32,077 bases of DNA, from NCBI GenBank assembly GCA_043807995.1, contig JAZDFJ010000058.1, positions 1 to 32,077 on the forward strand, in the 5' to 3' direction. Each line of letters starts with the position of its first letter. Positions within the stretch are counted from its first letter, which is position 1. This DNA comes from Candidatus Woesearchaeota archaeon. GTDB taxonomy: Archaea; Nanobdellota; Nanobdellia; Woesearchaeales; JAZDFJ01. This document shows positions 8,775 through 17,614 of the stretch, in pieces. The notes beneath the pieces were generated by a model. The model saw only the letters and a program-made list of their open reading frames with translations, had not been told where the DNA came from and made no database searches. A program made the position numbers and the translations under genes.

Positions 8775-9875
8775 ATGAAGAAATTATTGGCAATATTGGT
8801 TGCCTTGGTGCTGGTTTTACCGGCAGCTTTGGCAATAAGCGTAGGCGGAGGAATAACTCCTGTTATTGAGACAGAGAACTTTGGACCATTGGTGTGGTTG
8901 TGCGACAACAGGATAGTTATGGACGACGCAGTTGAGTGGGGAAGAGTTTCACTTGATGGCGAAGAAATGTTCGAGAGAATAAACAACTACGCATTTGAAG
9001 GAGAACAAATAGCATGGCTCGTTCTTGTCATGGATAAGAATGGAGTTCCAGAGAAGCTCGATGTCTACGGAGCAATCGGAACAGATCAGGACTTAGACAT
9101 TGATGGCATTGAAGTGAACTGTGAGTACATCGGCGCATTACCGGGAGAGCAGGGAGTTCTGCCAGAATGTAATGCAAGAATCGATGAAGAAATGGTTGAA
9201 TGGAATGGAGAACTCATGGGATACTACCAATGTACTTTGACAGTTGAAACTCCATTATCTATGTACGGAGAGTACTGGGTGACAATCGCAGCAACAGACC
9301 TCGATGATTTAACAGGCACAATGGATGAGAACGAATACTGGTTCTTCAATCCAGTCATTGCATTAAGCATTGACGGCACAATCTCATTTGAGGATGTCAG
9401 GCCAGGAACAGACAGCTACTCAGACACATTGTTATTGACCAACGATGCAGAGGACGGAAGCGGAGTTATGCTTGATATGTTCATATCAGGTACAGACTTC
9501 TACGACTCTTCAAGCAGCGGCGCAATGTGCCCAACAACAAACCAGCTCTCATTGAGCACCTTCAGGTACTTTGCAACAAACGGAGCTTACAGCACCTATG
9601 ATGATCTCGAAGCAGATGATGGGAACTATGACCCAATCACATTAAGAGACTCAGACGTAGAAGGTTATGTCAACATACAGTACGGTGACCACTTTGACAG
9701 AACCATGTACGATGAGGCAGAGATCTTACAGGAGCAGTTAATAGCACCTTACTATGTTGCAAACATTTTAGCACCTGGAGCTGACATGGCCATAACATTC
9801 AAGTTAAGCCTGCCAGAACCATGCAATGGTGACTTCGATACCGGATCATTATACTTCTGGGCAGAAGCCATCTAA
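8775..9875 (+). CDS. Secreted Cys-containing surface protein, paralog 1
   Basis: Signal peptide MKKLLAILVALVLVLPAALA, with GGAGGT SD. Conserved blocks NNYAFEGE, VLVMDKNGVPEK and PEPCNGDFDTGSLYFW are shared with 10377-11531 and 12065-13771. Confidence 0.85.
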   Translation: MKKLLAILVALVLVLPAALAISVGGGITPVIETENFGPLVWLCDNRIVMDDAVEWGRVSLDGEEMFERINNYAFEGEQIAWLVLVMDKNGVPEKLDVYGAIGTDQDLDIDGIEVNCEYIGALPGEQGVLPECNARIDEEMVEWNGELMGYYQCTLTVETPLSMYGEYWVTIAATDLDDLTGTMDENEYWFFNPVIALSIDGTISFEDVRPGTDSYSDTLLLTNDAEDGSGVMLDMFISGTDFYDSSSSGAMCPTTNQLSLSTFRYFATNGAYSTYDDLEADDGNYDPITLRDSDVEGYVNIQYGDHFDRTMYDEAEILQEQLIAPYYVANILAPGADMAITFKLSLPEPCNGDFDTGSLYFWAEAI

Positions 9876-9908
9876 GCTGAGCTGTTTAAAAACATAGAGA
9901 CAAGCAAC

Positions 9909-9952
9909 GGGCGAAAGCCCAAATTTTTTATTTTTTTAATTTTTTATTTTTT
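9909..9952 (+). terminator. GGGCGAAAGCCC hairpin followed by long T-runs
   Basis: Lies immediately 3' of paralog 1. The same hairpin and T-run context is conserved after paralog 2. Confidence 0.55.
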
Positions 9953-10159
9953 GATATCGTTTTTTGATATCGTAATCAAACCGGTTGGCAGTTGATTCAG
10001 AGACAAAGAGGGAGTGCAATATTTACAAGTGACTTCTAGAGCTTTGTACAGCGCGGTTTTTCATTAATTTCCATTTATAATCAATCCGGATATTCAAACT
10101 CATCAATTAATTCAGCAATTACTCAACAATTGCTAAACAAATATGATAATCAAAATTAA

Positions 10160-10290
10160 AAATCATCATCAAATATATCATCAAACACATCACATAAACA
10201 CCAGATACCTCACATAAACATCAGGCACATCATCAAATATCATCATTAAACATTAGATACATCACATAAATACCAGAGATATCACAGAAT
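10160..10290. repeat. Degenerate ~20-nt tandem repeats (ATCACATAAAYAYCAGRNAY)
   Basis: At least 4 recognisable units upstream of paralog 2. The stretch is A/C-rich with no ORF. Confidence 0.6.
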
Positions 10291-10376
10291 TTCAAAAATA
10301 CCAACAGCATAATATTTACCCGAAGCAAAACAAGCATACAAAAAAGCGGTGAAGAAATGTATAGAGGGTGGGCGAA

Positions 10377-11531
10377 ATGAATAAGAACAGCAGATCCGGC
10401 TTTAATGCCAGACCAATAATAAACAAGCTCTTTTGCTTGATTAGTTTGTTCTGTGCAATAATAATATTAACTCCTTTTGCGCATGCAATTGACGTTGGCG
10501 CAGACATGGATTTAGATGTTGAAGTTGAAAACTTTTCTCCATTAGTGTGGATGTGCGGACACAGAGAGGTTTATGATGACAATATTGAATGGGGGAGATT
10601 TGTTGAACCGGCTCCCGACCGTGACGTGCTTCTCGAGAGAGTGAATAACTATGCATTCGAAGGAGAGGCTGTAAGGATATATGTATTGGTCATGGACAAG
10701 AACGGAGTGCCTGAAAAGATAAGAGATGTTTATGCAACACTTGGCACAACTCAGGGAGCTGGAAACGATATAGAGGTAAACTGCGTATTCAGGGATGATA
10801 TTGACGTGATAGTCGAGTCATGCAATGCAGAAATAGATGAGGAAGAGCTGGAGGAGTTCGACCCTGAGATAATGGCATACTACGAGTGCATCTTCACTGT
10901 CGAGACACCATTGTCCATGTACGGAGAATACTGGCTGACAGTTGAGGCTGAAGACATTGACGGCTTATTAGGCACAATCGATGAAAATGAATACTGGTTT
11001 TTCAATCCGGTTATTGCAATAAGCATCGACGGCACACTCTCGTTTGAGGATGTCAGGCCAGGAACAGACAGCTACTCAGACACACTGCTGATTTCCAATG
11101 ATGCAGATGACGGCAGCGGGGTTATGCTTGATATGTTTATATCAGGTACAGACTTCTACGACTCTGCAAACAGCGGCGCAATGTGCCCGACAACAAACCA
11201 GATTGCACTGAGCAGTTTCAGGTACTTTGCAACAAACGGAGCTTTCAGCACCTATGATGACATGGAGGTTGATGTCAACACTTATGACCCTGTAACAATA
11301 AGGGATTCAGATGCAGAAGGTTATGTCAACATACAATACGGTGACCACTTTGACAGGACAATGTATGACGAGGCAGAGATACTCCAGCAGGACTATATTG
11401 CACCGTACTATGTTGCAAACATACTGGCTCCTGGAGCTGACATGGCATTGACATTCAAGTTAAGCCTGCCAGAACCATGCAATGGTGACTTCGATACCGG
11501 ATCATTATACTTCTGGGGAGAGGCCATCTAA
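10377..11531 (+). CDS. Secreted Cys-containing surface protein, paralog 2
   Basis: GAGGGTG SD before ATG 10377; the ORF track starts at GTG 10368. It has a hydrophobic signal segment ending AHA. The C-terminal ~215 aa are about 85% identical to paralog 1. Confidence 0.85.
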   Translation: MNKNSRSGFNARPIINKLFCLISLFCAIIILTPFAHAIDVGADMDLDVEVENFSPLVWMCGHREVYDDNIEWGRFVEPAPDRDVLLERVNNYAFEGEAVRIYVLVMDKNGVPEKIRDVYATLGTTQGAGNDIEVNCVFRDDIDVIVESCNAEIDEEELEEFDPEIMAYYECIFTVETPLSMYGEYWLTVEAEDIDGLLGTIDENEYWFFNPVIAISIDGTLSFEDVRPGTDSYSDTLLISNDADDGSGVMLDMFISGTDFYDSANSGAMCPTTNQIALSSFRYFATNGAFSTYDDMEVDVNTYDPVTIRDSDAEGYVNIQYGDHFDRTMYDEAEILQQDYIAPYYVANILAPGADMALTFKLSLPEPCNGDFDTGSLYFWGEAI

Positions 11532-11566
11532 GCTGAGCTGTTTTGAAACATAAGAGACAAGCAACA

Positions 11567-11600
11567 GGCGAAAGCCCAAATTTTTTATTTTTTTTAATTG
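11567..11600 (+). terminator. GGCGAAAGCC hairpin plus T-runs
   Basis: Conserved copy of the paralog 1 downstream context. Confidence 0.5.
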
Positions 11601-11612
11601 TTTTAATTTTTT

Positions 11613-11703
11613 TAATTTTCATGATTTAATTTTTTTAATTTTCATGATTTAATTGTTTAATTTTCATGATTTAATTTTTTTAATTTTCATGATTTAATTT
11701 TTT
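11613..11703. repeat. Tandem repeat, ~22-nt unit TAATTTTCATGATTTAATTTTT, 4 copies
   Basis: Read directly from the sequence, in the spacer after paralog 2. Confidence 0.85.
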
Positions 11704-12064
11704 GTCAAAAAAAGAGATAAAAAAAGAGGGAGAGGCATTTTGGTAGAAAAAGAGGCAAAAAAAGAGGGATTTAAATATTCTTCAGCCAGGAGTCCCTGTA
11801 CTCGAGGCAAATACAGCATATACAGCATACGCAGTGTATGCAGTGCAGCCAGAGCAGGTTATATGCTCTTGGTTAACACCATGCTATGCCCATTTCTGAT
11901 TTTATATCCTATCCTAATTTTGCACCCTATCCTGGTTTTATACCGAATTCTATATTCATATTTTATCGATAAACCTTTCTTGCGCAATTTTCTTTATTTT
12001 ATTTCTTTCAGTAAAAATTTTATTTCTTTAAGCAAAAAAAAGAGTAAACAAGAGGTGGAATTAA

Positions 12065-13771
12065 ATGAAAAAAGAGGAAAAAATTGTTTTCAATATAGCA
12101 ATAACAGCAGTGCTTGTTATGTTTACAGCAGCCTTTATGGCCTGCCCTGCGGCAGCAATAAGCTCCAGCATTGGAGTTGATATCAATGTTGACTCGCAGA
12201 ATTTTCCCCCACTGGTGTGGTTTTACCCTGCAACAAGGATATTTTCACACAGCAACATGGACGGCGCTACAGAGGCGATAGAGAGAATAAACAGCTATGC
12301 TTTTGAAGGGGAGAATATCCAGTGGCAGGTTCTTGTGATGGACAAGAACGGCATAGAGAAAGTCGGCGATGTACGCGTTACAGCAGGCCCGACACAGGGC
12401 GAGGGAAACCCGATAGAGGCGAACTGTGCTGTGTGGACCGACTGCTGGACAGAATGGCTTGGCGAAGACATGGACAGCGATGGAGTTATAAACGTCAATG
12501 ACAACTGCCCTGATGTTGCCAACCCAAGCCAGGCAGACAGCGACGGAGATGGAGCAGGCAATGCCTGCGATGACAGGGTCGGCAACGGCGGAGACGGAGG
12601 AGCAGCCAGCCTGCATCTCAATATTAAAATACACAGGCCGACAGAGTCTGTGCCTGCAGGAAACTTCTACAGAGTAGGCGACACATTCAGGATGTGTGCT
12701 GAATTCGAGAATATAGGCACTGCAACAAGGACAATTACTCCTGAAAGCTTTGTCAACAGGGTTCTTGAATGCAACAGCGAGGACCTCAGGTCTGGAGATC
12801 CTGTTTACGGTGAAAATTATCTTGTGAATTGCCATTGGGCCCATAATGATTTGCAGGTTAATGTGCACAGGGTGCAGCATGACCCTGTAACTCTCGACCC
12901 TGGTGAGACAGAAGAGGTATGCTTTGAATGGCAGGTCGATTCAACAGGATACTTCCAGTATGACCTTGGCATTTTCGGATATCCAGGATGGTCTTGGGGA
13001 TTTATCAGGGCAAAGGATTACTGCGAGAACTTCTCATTCCCGCCTCCAAGCGAGGTAAATGCAAGGATAGGAGAGGAATACATCACAGAATTCAATCCTG
13101 AGCTAATGAGATGGTACACCTGCACATTGACTGTTGAAACCCCGTTCTCAATGTACGGAGAGTACTGGGTGACAGTCGAGGCGCACGACCTTGACGGCCT
13201 GTACGGCACAATGGACGAGAACGAGCACTGGTATTTCAACCCTGTTATTGCATTGTCAGTTGACGGCTATCTTGATTTCGGCGAGTTAATGCCTGGCACA
13301 ACAGGATACTCGAATTCTATCCTCGTCGAAAACGATGCCGACCATGGCTCAGGAGTCATGCTTGACATGTTTATATCAGGCACAGACTTCTACGACTCTG
13401 CAAGCAGCGGCGCAATGTGCCCTGACAGCAATGTCTTGGAGCTTGAGAATTTCAGATACTATGCGACAAATGGAGCTTACAGCACCACGCCGTTTGGAGT
13501 CGGCAGCATAGGAACGATTGGACCCGGAACTTACATAAGAGGAGACCAGGAGGGATATTTCAACATCCCATACCACTCAAGCTATGCAGACAGGGAGCAG
13601 ATAATCGAGGGCGACGGAGAGATTGCGCTGGACCCGGAGCATATGTACAGCCTGGGAAACGTGCTTGCGACAGGCTCAAAGATGGCACTGACATTCAAGC
13701 TAAACCTGCCAGAGCCATGCAACGGCGACTTTAACACAGGAGAGATAAGGTTCTGGGGAGAGCCGATATAA
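12065..13771 (+). CDS. Secreted surface protein, paralog 3, with a TSP type-3 Ca-binding repeat and CARDB-like insert
   Basis: Signal peptide ending AAA and GAGGTGG SD. It shares the family N- and C-terminal blocks. The ~200-aa insert contains DSDGVINVNDNCPDVANPSQADSDGDGAGNACDD, matching the DxDxDGxxDxxDNCP..N..Q.D.D.DG.G..CD pattern. Confidence 0.85.
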   Translation: MKKEEKIVFNIAITAVLVMFTAAFMACPAAAISSSIGVDINVDSQNFPPLVWFYPATRIFSHSNMDGATEAIERINSYAFEGENIQWQVLVMDKNGIEKVGDVRVTAGPTQGEGNPIEANCAVWTDCWTEWLGEDMDSDGVINVNDNCPDVANPSQADSDGDGAGNACDDRVGNGGDGGAASLHLNIKIHRPTESVPAGNFYRVGDTFRMCAEFENIGTATRTITPESFVNRVLECNSEDLRSGDPVYGENYLVNCHWAHNDLQVNVHRVQHDPVTLDPGETEEVCFEWQVDSTGYFQYDLGIFGYPGWSWGFIRAKDYCENFSFPPPSEVNARIGEEYITEFNPELMRWYTCTLTVETPFSMYGEYWVTVEAHDLDGLYGTMDENEHWYFNPVIALSVDGYLDFGELMPGTTGYSNSILVENDADHGSGVMLDMFISGTDFYDSASSGAMCPDSNVLELENFRYYATNGAYSTTPFGVGSIGTIGPGTYIRGDQEGYFNIPYHSSYADREQIIEGDGEIALDPEHMYSLGNVLATGSKMALTFKLNLPEPCNGDFNTGEIRFWGEPI

Positions 13772-13877
13772 TTTTTTTATTTTTTTTTATTTTTTTAATT
13801 GATTATTTTTTAATATTTAATTTTTTAATATTCAATTTTTCAATATTTAATTTTTTAACATCAATATAGAACAGCAA

Positions 13878-13980
13878 TAATACACAACAGGAATACATAA
13901 CAGAAATACACAACAGGAATACATAACAGAAATACACAACAGGAATACATAACAGGAATACATGACAGAAATATATAACA
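13878..13980. repeat. Tandem repeat with 13/26-nt unit AATACACAACAGG AATACATAACAGA
   Basis: About 8 units of 13 nt read directly. It creates a spurious minus-strand ORF (13803-14171). Confidence 0.85.
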
Positions 13981-14268
13981 AAACTCACGCTTACCAGGTA
14001 TGGGGAGGGATGATATGGGAGATAGCGGGATAATGACAACAGCAAGAGTTCAGAAAAAGAGGTTTCTTGTAAACTACCATATGCACAATGGCCACCTACC
14101 TCTGTCGTTTGCAGCAAAAACCCCACTAGCTTGTGAAACAGGACCTTGCAGTTTGTCTTTATCATCAGCAATAACTCTTTTTGGCAACAGGAGAGTTAAA
14201 TAGCCCCATACCTGGCATTCTTTTTTAATTTTCAAAAGAATATGAATAGAAAAAATTTCATGTTTTCT

Positions 14269-15033
14269 TTAAATTATCTCAGATACCTTTGCAAACGTAA
14301 ATCCTTTTTCTTTTAGTCCGCTGATTATCCCTGACAGGGCATCAACGCTAAGCTCTGAATTGACGTGGAGCAGGATAATCGCGCCTGGCTTTAGGTTGGC
14401 GTTCTCGAGAACATTGCGGATTATTGCATCTTTGTCCTTTTCTTTGTAATCCCTGCTGTTGATGCTCCACAGCACCAGCGACAGATTGAGTTTTTTAGAA
14501 TGGGATACAGTCACAGGAGAGAACACTCCGTAAGGAGGCCTGAAAAGTTTTATCTTTTTTCCATTGCCGGCTTCACCTCCGGCTCTTTCTCTGTCTCTGC
14601 CGCTGTTCCCTGCTATTGCCTCCAGCAATGTTTTAGTCACAGATATCTGCTGAATAGATGTGTTTTTGCCCTGCAAAAGCAGGCTTTTGTGCGTGTATGC
14701 ATGCACTCCCAGCTCATGCCCTTCTTCGCTTATTCTCCTGACAATTTGAGGCTCTTTTACAGCGTTTTCCCCAAGGATAAAAAATGTTGCGCTGACATTC
14801 TCTTTTCTAAGGATATCAAGGATCTGGCTTGTGTAAGGCTCTTTTGGGCCGTCGTCGAATGTAAGGGCAACAGCATTGCCAAGCATGCTGGACGCATCGG
14901 TTTTGCCGTGGAAATAGACATTATTGTACTTGAAATAGCTGACAGCAGCGAATGCGAGCAGGTTTGCTATGCATAGGGCTATGACAACCCATAAAACCCA
15001 TGCGCTTATGCTGTTTGCCTTCTTCATAGGCAT
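14269..15033 (-). CDS. Polysaccharide deacetylase (NodB homology domain) with an N-terminal membrane anchor
   Basis: TFDDGP, HAYTH and LLH motifs in NodB order. N-terminal TM segment WVLWVVIALCIANLLAFAAV. Confidence 0.8.
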   Translation of the reverse strand: MPMKKANSISAWVLWVVIALCIANLLAFAAVSYFKYNNVYFHGKTDASSMLGNAVALTFDDGPKEPYTSQILDILRKENVSATFFILGENAVKEPQIVRRISEEGHELGVHAYTHKSLLLQGKNTSIQQISVTKTLLEAIAGNSGRDRERAGGEAGNGKKIKLFRPPYGVFSPVTVSHSKKLNLSLVLWSINSRDYKEKDKDAIIRNVLENANLKPGAIILLHVNSELSVDALSGIISGLKEKGFTFAKVSEII

Positions 15034-15188
15034 AGGTATTACAGATGATTATTTATGCTTTGCTTTTTGCCAAGGCTATTGTGGCTTTGGCCATAAAATC
15101 GATTGTATACTCCAATATGGTTATCAGAGAAGCAAAATACTTTTATTCGCGATAGAAATCCGATTATCAAAGCAATGGAGGGGTAATC

Positions 15189-15647
15189 ATGAGCGCAGAA
15201 TTAGCTGACTTTGATGCTGATATTTTGATGGAAAATCAGCAGCCTTTGCAATCGTTTGGTTTTGAGAATACTTGGCCGTGTGGCATAGTGTTATTTAGAG
15301 CATCTGGACAAGACCAGCATTCGAGAATACCTCTTTGCAGAAAGTCAGTTCACAGAGTTGGAACCTTTGCTAGAACAAGACCTGTTTCATCATCACTTTC
15401 ACTAAGCGTAGAGAATGCTCCTCAATATGGATTTGACGCAAAGGCAGGAATTCCCAAAGGCAGTGGAACTATTGGATTATCTGAGCCTGTGAACCTTTAC
15501 ATGCCAACTACAGATTTAACTGCTACTGCTCCAGAAAGTTGGCCAAGAGTCTATTTCAGGGAATTTTCCCTTACTCCTATTGTTTCCCCGGGCCAAACCA
15601 GACCTATGTTGTTCATTCGCTTCTTCCGCGCTCAAGCGCAAGAATAA
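15189..15647 (+). CDS. Hypothetical protein (152 aa)
   Basis: The only long ORF in this interval. GGAGGGG SD lies 7 nt upstream. Its stop overlaps the next start (TAATG). Confidence 0.6.
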   Translation: MSAELADFDADILMENQQPLQSFGFENTWPCGIVLFRASGQDQHSRIPLCRKSVHRVGTFARTRPVSSSLSLSVENAPQYGFDAKAGIPKGSGTIGLSEPVNLYMPTTDLTATAPESWPRVYFREFSLTPIVSPGQTRPMLFIRFFRAQAQE

Positions 15648-16087
15648 TGAGAGCTGCAATGCGCTTGGGCTCAAGAATCAGGAAATCAGTTGAAGATCCT
15701 GAATTTGAAACAATCAGAGGAGAACATAATAAAATAGTTGACTTCAGAGTAGCAGCTTATTCAAACGATCAACAAATTCGACCCAGAAACTACTTTGAAG
15801 AACTTTCAGCGGAATTCAATCCAAAAACATCTGATCCTGATCCGTGCCCGAGATTCAGATACAGAGCTCTAATAATCAACCTTTATTCGGGAGAAACTGA
15901 AAAAGAAGCCATTAAAGAGCTGAGGGATGCAGTTAATAGGGCGATTCCGTTTGCCTGGAGGCATCAAGCTCTTATTGACACCAGAGCAGCAGGATTTGTC
16001 TACGGCCCGGCCACTGCTGATGTGCTGGCGGGTATAGACCGCAAGTCAATCGATGACCTGCTGCAAAGCGGAGCTCTTATCTTTTAG
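15647..16087 (+). CDS. Hypothetical protein (146 aa), translationally coupled to 15189-15647
   Basis: ATG at 15647 shares a base with the upstream TAA. The ORF-track start at 15539 is probably too far upstream. Confidence 0.6.
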   Translation: MRAAMRLGSRIRKSVEDPEFETIRGEHNKIVDFRVAAYSNDQQIRPRNYFEELSAEFNPKTSDPDPCPRFRYRALIINLYSGETEKEAIKELRDAVNRAIPFAWRHQALIDTRAAGFVYGPATADVLAGIDRKSIDDLLQSGALIF

Positions 16088-16254
16088 TCTTATTTTTTTA
16101 TATTGTATTTTTTATGTTATATCTTTTATATTGTATCTTTTTTATTACATCTTTTATATTATCCTTTGCATCCCTTATATTCTTTACAATACTTCCACAA
16201 ATTTTATATAAGTGCATTTCAATCAATAAACAGATTAAACATGCTGGTGAAACC

Positions 16255-16863
16255 ATGGATGAAAACAATGTTAGAGAGCCTTCAAAGGATTCAATGAACG
16301 GAACTGCCGACGAGTATTTTGAGCTTGTGCTTAGAGCAAGACCTGATTTCAGAGAGCTGAACAATGCAATAGAGCAGGCTGCACAGATAATAGCGAGCTG
16401 TTTCAAGAACGGCGGCAAGGTCCTTATATGCGGAAACGGCGGAAGCGCTGCTGACGCACAGCATATTGCAGGAGAGCTTGTTGTCAGGTATTTCAGGGAG
16501 AGAAAAGCCTATCCTGCAATAACATTGTCAGCTGACAGCTCTGTGATGACTGCATGCAGCAACGACTATGGCTATGAACATGTGTTCAAAAGGCAGGTCG
16601 AGGCATTGGGGAAAAAAGGCGATGTCCTAATAGGAATAAGCACTAGCGGGAGCTCCCCGAATGTTGTTCACGCTGTCGAGTATGCAAAGCAGAACAGCAT
16701 CTATACTATTGGATTGCTTGGAAAAAAAGGCTGCAAACTTGCAGGCATGGTTGACACTGCAATATGCATAGAATCAGGGATTACGCCCATAATCCAGATA
16801 TGGCACAGCATTGCTTATCATTCTCTGTGCCACAGAATCGAGATATTGATGGAACAGAGCTGA
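16255..16863 (+). CDS. gmhA: Phosphoheptose isomerase (SIS domain)
   Basis: VLICGNGGSAADAQHIAGELV and GISTSGSSPNV motifs. The start was moved to ATG 16255 because the upstream 47 codons are translated AT-rich repeat. Confidence 0.85.
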   Translation: MDENNVREPSKDSMNGTADEYFELVLRARPDFRELNNAIEQAAQIIASCFKNGGKVLICGNGGSAADAQHIAGELVVRYFRERKAYPAITLSADSSVMTACSNDYGYEHVFKRQVEALGKKGDVLIGISTSGSSPNVVHAVEYAKQNSIYTIGLLGKKGCKLAGMVDTAICIESGITPIIQIWHSIAYHSLCHRIEILMEQS

Positions 16864-16905
16864 ACTACTGCTCTGGTCAGGTGCAAAAGACCTGTCAAAG
16901 CCTGC

Positions 16906-17247
16906 TCATACATTTTTTTCCGGCTGAACCTGCTCTTTAGGCAGCACAGGCGCGAGATATGCGGAAATATAAGCATAAAATCTATCCCCAGCAGGTCCTG
17001 TTCTTTCTGTAAAAACCATAACATCATAGGGACATGAGCCATCCTGAAATCTGCCTGAAAAAACAGTCAGTCCAAATGGATTCCCGCCTCTGGTAAAACC
17101 TGCCTGCAAAAATCTTTCCGCTGGTAAAGCTGTGCTAGGCGCTTGAGTTAAGATAAGTCTTGCAATATCTTCTGGAAATAATTCATGCACTAAATCTATT
17201 TGTTCCTCATCAGAAAGCCTTGAATTGGTTGTTGTCAAAAATGGCAT
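16906..17247 (-). CDS. Hypothetical protein (113 aa), last gene of the orphan operon
   Basis: CAGGAGAA SD. Codon usage matches the operon. There is only a weak, unasserted resemblance to SUKH/SMI1-type immunity proteins (ELFPEDIARLIL). Confidence 0.6.
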   Translation of the reverse strand: MPFLTTTNSRLSDEEQIDLVHELFPEDIARLILTQAPSTALPAERFLQAGFTRGGNPFGLTVFSGRFQDGSCPYDVMVFTERTGPAGDRFYAYISAYLAPVLPKEQVQPEKNV

Positions 17248-17341
17248 TTTTCATTCTCCTGTTTTATCCTGTTTTTATGAGCTTATTTTGCTGAATCAGC
17301 ATGAAAATCAAAAATCGATTTTCTATAAAAATTTTACGATT

Positions 17342-17614
17342 TTAGTCTGCGCTTCTGTCGCTTGAGTACCCGTCTCTGTCATGCCATCCGTCATCTCCAT
17401 GATAAGCTCCATGGCCTTTTTGTTCGCTGCCTTTGAGATGAATAATCTCGCCATCACCGAACGGATGGGCTGTTGAAGCGCCAAATTCAGAAAGAATAGA
17501 GGCTAACATTCTGAGCTCACCGCCTACTAAACTCCCTAAGCGCCTAATGCGCGACAAAAAAGAGCCTGATTGAGGCTGAACTGTTTGCGCTTGTTCATAT
17601 TTATCAGATACCAT
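17342..17614 (-). CDS. Hypothetical protein (90 aa; 96 aa if started at 17632) with a His/Asp/Gly-rich C-terminus
   Basis: GGAGGA SD lies 8 nt before ATG 17614. That ATG overlaps the end of the upstream gene (AATGGTATCTGA). Confidence 0.55.
   Translation of the reverse strand: MVSDKYEQAQTVQPQSGSFLSRIRRLGSLVGGELRMLASILSEFGASTAHPFGDGEIIHLKGSEQKGHGAYHGDDGWHDRDGYSSDRSAD

Noticed and set aside
11740-12180. 146-aa ORF upstream of and overlapping paralog 3
   Set aside because: It uses a non-ATG start, has a low-complexity Leu/Ile/Tyr-rich product from AT-rich spacer, overlaps the well-supported start of 12065-13771, and has no SD site.
8775-13771. Diversity-generating retroelement as the driver of N-terminal divergence in the paralogs
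   Set aside because: There is no reverse transcriptase, and no template/variable repeat pair with adenine-specific mismatches is visible in the window.
13994-14215. 12-bp perfect inverted repeat CCAGGTATGGGG / CCCCATACCTGG enclosing about 200 nt and a 67-aa ORF (14000-14203)
   Set aside because: A rough estimate gives about 0.5 such 12-bp inverted repeats within 300 nt per window by chance. There is no flanking duplication and no supporting inner structure, and the ORF has no SD site or motif.
16114-16254. N-terminal 47-aa hydrophobic extension of gmhA in the ORF track
   Set aside because: It is a translation of the ATCTTTTATATT-type AT-rich repeat spacer. The conserved SIS protein begins near Met 16255.
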